The position numbers and the translations under genes are program-made. Below, one piece after another: positions 1 through 12,300 of a stretch of 64,000 nucleotides of DNA; the stretch's first letter is position 1, and each line of letters opens with the position of its first letter. Source of the stretch: Bugula neritina (taxonomy: Eukaryota > Animalia > Bryozoa); assembly GCA_964035545.1 (NCBI GenBank), contig OZ037767.1, positions 2,863,680 to 2,927,679 of the forward strand, read 5' to 3'. The notes under the pieces were generated by a model. The model worked only from the letters and a program-made list of their open reading frames with translations, was not told where the DNA came from and searched no databases.

Positions 1-170
1 AGTACAGTATTAACTCTCTAACTCATACCACTACAGTATTAACTCTCCAACTCATACCCCTAAAGTATTAACTCTCTAACTCATACCACTACAGTATTAA
101 CTCTCCAACTCATACCACTACAGTAATAACTCTGTATACTCTGATATATACACTACAGTATTAACTCTAC
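1..170. repeat. ~29-bp minisatellite (CACTACAGTATTAACTCTCCAACTCATAC) in an MTR intron
   Basis: Four to five imperfect tandem copies visible directly. Confidence 0.85.
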
Positions 171-360
171 TGTTACGGCCCTAAACACATAACAAGAGCT
201 ACAACTAGCAGATGACTGAGACTACTTCCACTTGGTACTACAAGCTGTAGTAGTCTTAGTTATAGTTAATTCTAGTAATAACTAAACATGACTCATCACT
301 TGAAAAAGTTACTCAAATAACCCACGAAACAATTGACAGACAAAATCTCATAAATCTGAC

Positions 361-3300
361 CTTCATCAGCGGCAGTTCAATGACATTTAAAGGTCGCGGG
401 TACTTGTCTTTACATAGCCTGGCTTCTTCGGTATCAGCAACAATGTGGGTATCAATACCCTGTAATATGTAATGTTAGAATCATCTCCCCTGAGCAGCAT
501 TCTGAGACAAGTCATAAAAACAGCTTGCATTCTAATAATTGTGACATGATAACAATATCCAGAACTAACTGCAATGAGAAAAAAACTCAGGCAAGTTTAC
601 AATCACTATTCCCTGTGAGAACCCCTGATAGGAAGGGCTTTTCAAACCACAGCTGTTCCACTAACCGCAATGAGAAAGGTTCATACAATATCTACAGCTT
701 GAATCCCTCCAGCTAAAACTTCACAAAGACAGCTTCTCATACTACAGGAGACTGAATTTAAACATGTGAAAAGCTCCCCATACTGCATTCCTGCTATTAA
801 TAAGGGCACCCAGCACCCCCTCAACTTTGTACCTTGACTATGGCATAATGTAGCCTGTCTTCCACGCTTTCATTCCTCCATTGTTCAGTCTGTGCAGCCT
901 CCACCGTATTGGACACTCGGTGACTCTAAGAAACACAGGCTATGGTAGAGTCTCACTAGTTTAGTAAGCTGGTAAAAGAGTACACATGTTCAAGGAATAA
1001 TAACTCCTTATAAACAAGTATATTCTACATAATATACTTGTATACATCACCTCACCTGAGTATACAGCACACTCACCTGAGTATACAGTACACTCACCTG
1101 GGCATACAGTACACCTCACCTGAGTATACAGTACACTCACCTGAGCATACAGTACACCTCACCTGAGTATGCAGTACACTCACCTGAGTATACAGTACAC
1201 TCACCTGAGTATACAGTACACTCACCTGAGTATACAGTACATTCACCTGAGTATACAGTACACTCACCTGGGCATACAGTACACCTCACCTGAGTATACA
1301 GTACTCTCACCTGAGTATACAGTACACTCACCTGAGTATACAGTACACTCACCTGGGCATATTGCAGCAACTTCTCCGTACCATCTGGATCTCTGTTCCA
1401 GAGGAGATTTTCACAGAGTTCAAGGAGCTCAGGGTCAATGTCACTGTAGAGGGGCAGCTGGCCAGCGTGTACGATGCCCATGTCCATCCCCGCCTGAATT
1501 CAGAAGTTATAGACATTAGGCTATGACAAGATATGGCAAGGAGTGTGTACATCTGTACACAGCCTAGCTTACACTCTGTACCTGTACTTTGGATATAAAT
1601 ACACCTGTTGTGTGTAAGGTAACTAATGTACTATTAATATAAGGGTATTTCTGGGGAATTGTCTGCCCTATTTCATGTGACTTGTGAGTCATAATTGACG
1701 GGAATTGTGAGTCATAATTGAGGGGAATTGTGGGACATATTTTTAGAGAAGTGTAAGATACAGGTAAGGCAAAAACCGTCTATAAAATACAATTTTGTAT
1801 TTAGTCTAATGTCCTAACATTTATCAACTTTCCTTAACCATCAGACAATCGGAACAACCATATAACATTATATCCAATAAGATAACATATAACATAACAT
1901 TATATCCAATAAGATATCAAATAACATAACATTATAACATAACATAACATATAACATGCATTTATATCACTATATTGTTACGTACAGGTAGATATTATAT
2001 ACGACAAGCTGAAGCACACACAACTATCATATAAATACCACGAGTATACTCTTTACCTGTAGTCTTCAATCAGAAATATCACAATAGTCTATTTATATAT
2101 TATAAAAACACATTTCACTGTACTACCACAGCAAATTTTTTATTAAATTTCATATTTATACTTTAACTTTAGGAATTTAAATGTACATATTTATGCGTAC
2201 ATTAATTATAAAATAAACCATTTAGATAATTTTAATGAAACCTTCAGCTATACAGCTGGCGTGACACATATCTGTGTTTATAAATTTGCAGTGAAATATT
2301 GAAATACCTACAATTCAGACCTGAGTGCAGGAGGAGACATCAACCCGGATATGGAGAGAAGAGAGATAAAGAGAACAATGAAATGACCTGCATACACCAC
2401 TGGTTCATAGTTTCATTATCCAAAGATTAACAATGGTAATCCTTTGACAGTTAATCTAATGTTTACTTTATACACAGCTGAGAACTCTATGCCGGTAGAC
2501 TAGCGGTATCAGACAGCTCCAGAGATAATGCAACTGAAATTCATATATTTAATAGGGCCTACGGTGCAAGGAAGCCCCAAATCCCCTGGTCTGCGTAATC
2601 TGGTCTCAAACTCAAGAGGAGTGCGGTTAGATGCTAGCCATTGTACGCAACGATTGTGGTGCGAAAAGAAATGTCCATTTACGTCACACAGCAATTTTAA
2701 ACGAACTAAACCTAAACTATTTTTCTGCTCCTTAAGAGACCTTTAAAAAAGGTCAAAGAGCTTTACAGGGTTGGTGGCGTGCAATTCAAAAATGACCAAC
2801 AATAGAAATAAATACTAAAACCAAGCTTTAAACCTGTAGCAACCCAACTACTTTTCCCAACAATCTCAGTGATCACGGCATCCATCGGCAATCAGAAGCG
2901 GAGAGAATTAATTCCAATTTTTTCACAACATAAGAACTGAATCTCTGACAGCTCTGGCTGGGTGAGCATTGCCTTTGGCTTTTATGCAAATCACTTCAAA
3001 AAATGACATAAATTAATAAACTCATATTTAATTGATAAAGAAATAAAGCTGATGAGCAATTTCTGAAAGGGTGTATTTAATAAAATTATTGATTAATATA
3101 CAAAGTCAAGGTGATATGGGTATGAAGCCATCATATTGGAGTTTATTAAATAGCGGCAATGACCTTGCCATGGTTATTGCCAGGTGAACGACTGTAAAAA
3201 CACCTCCTACTAGGTAAAATGCCTTTTAGATCCATTCTTTTCCTGACCCAGGTTTATATTTCTACACTAACTTTTGAACAAAAATTTTAGACTTAGAAGT

Positions 3301-6300
3301 TGACCTAAAAATAAAATATTTCAATACTAATAACTTGATTATAAAGTTTTGTATAATTTATATAAATTAAATGTTGATAATACACGCAGCCTAACCACAA
3401 CAATATTTTAATATTAGCCTCTGAGATAGATAACTTAGTTGCTGAGATACCAAGAAATTTGCATTTTATAATCTAACAACATAGTTATGTCTGAAAATGT
3501 ATTTTCTTTAATTTCTGGTCCACATCCTGGAAGATAAGATGTTGTGGGCTGGTGTGGTTTAGTGCTAATAACTTCATTCATTACCACAGTATTGAAGATT
3601 GAAACTATTCGAATTTAGCTTGATCCACCCACAAAGGTTACCAACCAAGATTAGCATAATTCTGTGTTTTAAGAAATGCCAGTCTGTGCAATTGGTTTAT
3701 TGAAAGAAAATGGTGTTGAAAGATGAATTATTTGACATTTGCATTTAATAATAATAATTTACAAAGTTTTACATCAACTTCAGATTTGATAGTTAAATTG
3801 CGTTACTTATTTTCTTTTAAATTTCATTTGATTATATAATACAACTATTATATTGAGCATGTGCAATAACAATTATATTACATCATAAAACTATTATGTT
3901 TAGAACATACAAGAGCTAGTATATTATAATATAACAATTATAATATATTTATTATATTGTGTAACTTGGAGAATGCATGTCTTCAACTTAGCCCTTCCAG
4001 CCATTTATTCAAAAAAGCAAAAAGTTATGGAATTAAAATTTAATTAAGTAATTAAAATAAAACGTACTTCCTACATAATTAAATAGAAGCCACCTGAAAG
4101 CAGTAAAACCATATCTAACGTTAAGGTAACCTCAGGTGATACAGCTGGGAGCTACAGCAGTTCTAAATATCAGGTTATTTCATGTCGTGTCATGCAAAGA
4201 GATGGGAGAAATATTTTCCTATTAAAACGGGCATTCATTACCCAACAGTTTTTTGCATAAAAAAGTCACACATCGGTAATTAACCGTTCTTATAAGGTGC
4301 GGCCGGGGCATTATCCGAACTGCCATTGGCTGGGCACGCAATAGTACTTGACCAATATCCCGCGTAGATTTCCCACAATAGAGAATTTCAAGGCCTTCGG
4401 TAGTATTGTTAAATGAGCTGGGTTTACGCTCAAGGTTACCACCAGCCTAAATTAAGTTCAAGGTAACGCAATCGGATCACATATAAGCAATAGAAAAGAT
4501 TCATTAATGAACAAAAAAGTTACTGATTTAATAATTAATAAATCAAACAGACTGGCACCGTAATACTAACCGAAGTTATTAAAGAAATTTCAAACAACAT
4601 TTTGAGCAAAAAACTACAATATTGACGCGTGTCAATAAATAAGATTATAGGTAAATAGAGTACTTTCTTGGTAAAATAAGAAGCGGCTACAGGAGGGTAA
4701 AATATAAGGGGGCGGTGCTTGCGATCAACCAGGGAAGAGCTACGATGACCTCATAACTAGAAGATTCACCAAACAATATTCATAAAGAAGAGAAATTGTC
4801 TCCACAACGTTTAGAGCAATCGGCAAGAGGAAAAAAGGCTGAGATAGCAAGCAAATGGCTTAAAAATTACTAACCTAGTCAAAAACAAGAACACACACAA
4901 ATATTTAAATGTTGTTGAACAGATACAGAGGTTATCAACGGTTGATGTGCGGAGAAATAAAGCTAAACAACAGATACAATACAAAGATATGTACTAGAAG
5001 TATTATGATCAACAAGGATGCTATTGGAAACAACTTATTAAGAAACTCAAACTTGTATAACCCTGATGCATCTAGTAAATCATATTAGCCTTCTAAACAA
5101 CATAGTTAAAATTCTTGAAATTATTAAAAACCTACAACTATATAAAGGATTAATTACTAATAAAAAACATACTAATTTAAACAACGCAGCTCTATAAACC
5201 ACCAGTATTTTTAAATCACAGGAATTTAAAAAACATTAAATCTCAAATATGTTGGCGATAAAACATAAATTATAAAATCCTAATTTTTGACTTAAATAAT
5301 AACTGGAGAAGATTCATAGCACTCTGACAACACTAAATGTATTGAAGCTATCATAATTTCCATAGTCTAAAATTCCCTGGTGGAGAGAAGGAGACCTGGC
5401 AGTCAGTACTAACCTTAATGGCGTGGTAGAGGAATACAGCGTGCATAGCCTGCCTCACGTTCTCTATCCCTCGGAAGGAGAAGCTGAAGTTGGAAACTCC
5501 ACCCGAGACTCTTGCATCTGGGAGATTGCTCTGCAGACAAAAGAAGATAACTCTGCTGATGACATGAAATTAGAGCAGATACTGTAGTTTCTAAGAAGGA
5601 GAGTTTTATAGTTTCCTTCTCACCATTTTATAGATGCAGGAGCTTAACTTTAAACAGATATTTTAATAATCTGCATTTTATGAAACAACATAGTATGTAT
5701 ACTAGTTGCAACTACAATAGTTATCTTCTCATGTTGCAACAGGGCAGTGAATAATAAATGAATGTTTTTAATTGAATTGTCAAATTTTGTATTATTTCCA
5801 AGTATCTTTATTTTTGGTATTTTATTATATTTTGTGAAAATTTCTACATTTTACTTGAAATAAAAAATAGAGATTTTATTACATTTATTGTAACTGAACA
5901 ATGCATTTACCAGAATTACCAATTATTACATTATCAATTATTACATTACCAATTATTACATTACCAATTGTATTTAAGGCATACATATATATAAATTGCT
6001 TGAAGTGCACAGACAAAGACTAATATTGAAGAAATGCTGGCTTTAGTACACACAGATATGGCCTGGAATAATTGCAGCTCAACTTCAAAAAAACATTTTA
6101 AATGACAAATTTTTCATTCCGCTTTGGCACACGCTTGTATACCACTCTGCAGTGACTAGTCTCCCTTAATAGTGCTGAGCAATAAACAGTTTTAATATCA
6201 GTTTATCAGTTCTTTGAAGTGGTGGTATTGAACTCTGACCTTTATGTGAGTTTTATTACACAACCTGTTGCTATGATTACATAATTACAGCACGAATAAA

Positions 6301-9300
6301 CCACAGAGCACACTTCTCTTACATAATGACAATATGATTATATAATTAGTTTAAAATGGCAATCAGGTGAAGTGATTAGCTTATCCACCAATGCCAAGAA
6401 TATGTCAGCTTCCAGAGGAGAGAATATAGTGCGTGCAGCTACTGTCTGCTGCAGAGGGGAAGAAGCAGACGGATGAGTCAGAGAGATGAAGGCTAGCAGA
6501 ACTGATAAGGGAAACTCAGGGAATAACTTCAGTCATGTGACTGAGTTACAAACAAAATATGTAGCACTTTTAATAAAAACGTGCTCAGATACAAAAAATA
6601 TTACTTTAAATTGTTAAGCTTGTAGCCGGTCATGAATAAAAATTCAACCCACCAAAAAGCAATTAGTTCTCATTTTTATGATGCAAATCAATTGATAATA
6701 CAAACTTTCTCATCACTACCTAAACCATAAAATTTAAAAATTTAATTTTCCACAGTTACAGGACCACATGCAAAATGTTTTAAACATAAAATGATTTGTA
6801 CACAAAAACCAAATTTAAAAGGTCTTATGTCAAGCTGCACCTGTTGCTAAACTCTCAGTACGTGTAAGTTGACTTATTGAATCAGGGCCAAAATAAACTC
6901 AGTCAAGCCAAGAACTAATGAATTCCTAGTATTGATAATGTAGGATTTCACCAGATAAATTTGCAACTGTGATTAGCATATTATGATTTCACCTCATTGT
7001 TATACCGCATGAGAAACCAGAAAAATACAGAGAGAGTAAAATTGGCTACATGGAAACACCCTGCATCGCCAGCATGGGAAAATTGAAAAAATATTTCACA
7101 TTAAAATATATTCAAAGCAGAAAGTAAGGTATGCGAACAACTATTTGCAATAAATTCAAATTAATGGAATTCAAGAGTATCTAATTAAAATATAAGTAAA
7201 TGTCAACTGAAAGATATTTACTGAAAGATGAGCCTGTGGCCATACGCCAGGCCCAACCACAAGGAGTATGTTGAAACTGGGTAAATTCCTCTGTCAAACT
7301 TGAAGGTGGTACAAAAAAACTAGCTCAAGATTCCAGTGAAAATACAACTTATGCTAATTTACTGGGTGTTTGAGAGATGAATCTTAGAGGACAGTGAAGA
7401 AGTGTGAAATACTTACGAAATACGCCAATAAGTGTGAATCTATGGCAATGTTGTACATAATTACCTAATTATTTACAAAAAATAAAACCATTTCTTATTA
7501 AATATATTATATATCCCCATTCTTGTCAGCAAAAATAGTGTTTCCACTTTACCAGTAAACAAGTTTTGGAGCAGAACGTCTGGTGAGCGGCAGCAGTGGC
7601 AGCGGTATGACTCACCTTGATGAGTTTGATGGAGTCAATGAACTCCACACCATACGTGTCATGCTCTTTCATGCCAGTGGCAATCGTCAGGATGTTTGGA
7701 TCAAATATGATGTCATTAGAGTCAAAACCCACTTCCTTTACCAGCAGCCAATAAGCTCTCTCACAGATCTCGTACTTCCTGACAGCGTCAGTAGCCTACG
7801 ACGAGAAATACAGTCAGCGAGTTGCAGCTGACTCTACGTGGAAAATGAAATTAAAAAAAATAACTACATTTGGCTAAACTCTAGGAGAGTGTTGAAGTAG
7901 AATTTGGCTGAGTCACAAAAACTGTACAAAACACTCTTGTATAAAACTTGGCATTCATTTTATTTCTTACAGTTTGGTTTGAGAATAACTTTCGACTACC
8001 ATACTGAATATATTTCCTTACAAATGGAGGTATTATTATTCCAAGTAACTACATTATTATACAATCAGTAGGTCAAGGCCTTGCGGGGTGGCCATAGGTG
8101 ACTAGAGACTGACCTGGCCCACTTCATCAAACGCCATGACTACCACAGCTGCTCCGTGTTGGCGAATAATTCGGGCCTTTTCCAGGAAATCTTCCGTACC
8201 TTCTTTCAGACTGATACTGTTGACAATACATCGGCCCTGGTAACACTTTAGCCCCGCCTCCACCACGGCAAAATTACTCGAGTCTATACAAAGGGGTACC
8301 TAAAATATACCATCATAAAATACTCCTTTAATAGAATAGCAATTGTCGTGGAGAGCTTTCGGAGGCCATTAAAATAGACATGACACTAGATAATTGTATA
8401 GTATTTAATAGTAAGTTGATATATTTTTAATTACAGGAATAAAATTGATAATCCAGATTGCCCTCTGTGTGACATAGACTCGAGACCATTTAGCTGGGTT
8501 TGATTGATGTGATAGCCCAGACTGTTCCCATCAAGGTTGGTCTAATAACTAATTTGTCAACTACACACATTGGAAAGATAACAGAACATTACTTTTAGGT
8601 AGCATTAGAATATTTCACACGTAAATTATGTTGTATTATTTATATTACATTGTATTATAACACTATTTAGTTTTGAGTAAACAGAAAAATGAAGGCATGT
8701 AGCTTGCTGCCAAACAACCTATCTTATCCAATGTTGAAATGTAGAGCATGTCTCCGTGGATGTTGAAAAACAAAAATTTAAATTAAAATTTGTAGCCAGT
8801 GAATCTAGAAAAAGTTGGGGTTGGGGTTAAAGCCTGCCAGCATCAATGCACACCTTTCACTTAAAACCCATTGACTAAATAAAATATTCCAGTGATTGAT
8901 CGAGTAATTAATATCTGTCACCACAGCTTGATTAGAGATATTTAAAGTAAATCAAAATTTAAAGTCATTTTCATTAATTACTTCACAACCATATTCAGCC
9001 ATATTCTGTGTTTTGTAAATCACTTTATAAACTATTAGATTATTACTAAAAGGTGTGTGAATATATATAGATCCCACACAGCAACAATAGTATCGATTAC
9101 GCAATGCCAAGCAGAGTACAAACTAATTATATTACATCGCAGCTCTCTTATGATGTCACCAATCACTGGTGGAAGGTGAGAAAAGGCTGATATAATAATA
9201 CTCATGCCTTTAGCCCTGTGTGCTAATGCAGCATATATGTTGTTAGACAGAGAGTGGAGCGGAGAGAGAAAATATTTAGTATAAAACCACAAAACTCTCA

Positions 9301-12300
9301 TAAAGTAAAAAACAAAGCATAAAACAATGATGAAGAATGCAAGGGCATTGATGGGCTACCCTACAGGGCTGTAGACACTAATTTATTTCTGTATCCTCAT
9401 GTCTACCACACTATTAATTGGCTATCAACTTTTATAAATTAAAATGACTTGTAAAAAATGTAAAGCATGAATTGACCATTTAGCGAGCCATTCAACCTAC
9501 TTTGATATAGCCCTAAATTCTACCCTAAACCCAGATAGAGTAACAAGAGAGAGGCAAAATGTGAAATCGAAAACTTCTTTGGAGAACATAATCAACAGGA
9601 TATAAAACTGAAGAAAATGACGTTGATAAGTGACCAGCTGACTAAAAAGGTCAACCTGATGTTGATATGCGTCTCTCTTCCGCCCTGTTTGGCTACTTGA
9701 ATCAGGATGAGAATTTCTAGTCTCACAACTTTAAAACAGCCATGCAGATTAACCCTTGACCTGTCCGGCAGCTTTAGCAGACTGTACACTGCAACAAACA
9801 CACTCCAGTTTCCTTACTTCAAAGGTAGGGGCGGTTTGCGTGTCCAGACAAGGGTTTTTATCCTGTCTGATGAAGCAGCCTACGCTGACGCAGTAGAAAT
9901 GCTGACGTGCTGCCTCAAGTACACCCAACAGTTGCTGACCCTTCCCATTACGTCTGAACAGAAGCTGCCTACAACCCAATGACTCACCATTTCCTTTTTC
10001 CAGGTCAAGGCCGACTCAAAAAATTCTGCAAATTAGCAGAAGTAGAAAAACTATTCTATATTAACGGGATAACTTGATTATTTACTTCAGACAGACAAAT
10101 TTTCTAGAACTTGGTGTCACAGTCCCTTCAGTGGGGGAAAAGATTGGCGAAACTTATTGAAACCAGCCATTGTAACCTTAGAAATGTTCAAACAAAAAGG
10201 CTAAAATGGAACAGTAGAAAACAAAGCAGAGTTAGCTAGCAGCTACCGTAGGATAGAATCAATCTTATACATTACCTTAGAGATACTTGGCTCAGAGGAA
10301 ATGTAGTTTACAAACGTAGACATCACGGACACGCCGTCTAACATGCCGTCGTCAACATTGACGTCTAAAATCTGAGCCCCACTTTCAACTTGCTCCTTAG
10401 CAATGTTCAGCGCTTCCTGAAATGACACAGTCAGTTGTAGTTGAATACTTCCAGTTTTTGAGTACTGACAGCAGTGACAGCAAAAGCTGTCTTGAAATGA
10501 CTACCAAAGATGTGTACCGAATAGTTACCCTACCAGTACATGCATGTATCAAGAAAATATACATTATTTATACAAAAAATGGTAATTTCAAAACAAATAA
10601 CTTTGATGCAGCCTACTGAAGTAGTTTTACATTTCATTCCCATAGACTTAAAGAATCCCTGACACACTTTACTTATATAGCACGAAAATATTCATCTATA
10701 TCTTAGCTATCACTAGACCACCCCTTTGAGGGTGGATGGCTAGACTATTTTGTTTTATAACAAGATTAGTGCATGCATGTCCAGAAAACTTTCGGATTTC
10801 TAAGCTCTCAGTGCACACGTATTACGCCGGTTTCCGGTCTGCTTCGAGTCCTAGTTACTATATAACTAATAGTAATAATTGCATACTTTCACAGCATTTT
10901 ATTTTTAGCCACTGCAACACACAGATAAATCACTAAACTGACATAAATTTTAAAACACAGAGTACAACTAAGGCTCAATGAAAAAAACAAATGATACCAT
11001 TTTATTATTGATATTAAGAGCTAAAGTTACTTCCGTTAGAAATTTTGAGCATCGGAAAAATGAAATAGCCTCACCCTCACGATGTAATTAGAACGGGTGG
11101 CTAAGTACGGGGATAACACGATATTGTTGAAAGAAATTAGCTAAATCCAACGAGTGGTAAACTTTTCTATAAAACATTACAAATAATTGCATATTCAATT
11201 ATGTAACTTATTACGCTTCCAAATAGATTATCATTACCGTAACCGGATATTACCAATATAACCTGTGCCTAGTAGTACTACTACTAGTAGTAGTCGCTCG
11301 CTATCTATATAAATTAGATTTCATATTCATATTGCCATTGGACTCTAATGAACAAACTTATTACCTATATTACTAGTTACACTTACTGTCGACATGACTA
11401 CACGAATGGCTTCAAGTTCTAAAGGCAAATGCAAAAGAAGAGTGTGTGAAGCTGCAATGTGTTCGTACAAGGAAAAACACATGTTTAAACGGCCTGCTGA
11501 TACTGCGTGTGGTGAAAAATGGACCAAGTTTGTCAATACGAAAAGAAAAAACTTTCTGCCTGATAACAACTCTCGTTTGTGTTTTCAGCATTTTGGTGAT
11601 GAACAATTTACAAACATGGGCATGTATAAAACAAAACTCATTAACATGTAAGTGAATAACTCACTCAAACTCATAGTCATAGTGATACTGACTAATGACT
11701 TAGTGATTGTGATATAATTAGACGATAGGCTAATGATAGTTTTTTTAATGTTGATTTTCAACAATAAGTATAACTATAACTATCAACTAGTATCAAGTAT
11801 TACTACAAGTTGGTATAAGTCAATAGGATTGTCATGACCGTGTTGATTCAATTTCATGTGACTATGACATAAACTTGCAAGTACAAGTTTGCATTTATGA
11901 TTTACACGATAACCATTATTGTAAGGAAATTCATTTATAATGGCGATAATATGAAAGACTTATGATTATCAGAATGTGTCATAGTCACTTGGATACATAC
12001 CATTAATATTATGATTCATACGCACTGATACTCATGCTATGAGTATGATACTGGTAATGGTGCCCATCATCAATACCAGTAAAAATTAATGGTAAATATT
12101 GTTCACTTATTGAAAGAATAAAAATTCATTGTCTTTGATTTACTCTTTAGATTGCATTTAGAGAAAACAGCAGTCCCAACTATTCATTTAGTGGAAACTG
12201 AGGGTGCAACTGGATGCACTCCATTAACTCCTCGGAAACAAAGTCAGCAGGCGGCCACTATCACACCTAAAGAAGCTCGCTGGTTAAAAAGAACAGACCC

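Noticed and set aside
1137-1519. 116-aa repetitive ORFs on both strands
   Set aside because: Read-through of MTR exon 14 into the 21-bp donor array and its antisense; not separate genes. No unique spacers, so not CRISPR.
4121-4440. Possible MITE (TTAA-GGTAACCT ... AGGTTACC)
   Set aside because: Only 8 bp of clean inverted match and no matching target duplication on the right.
9690-10010. GC-richer patch with CTGATGA...GAAA (hammerhead or Penelope-like) and short ORFs
   Set aside because: Stem II is irregular and stems I/III could not be built; possibly a decayed repeat but unsupported.
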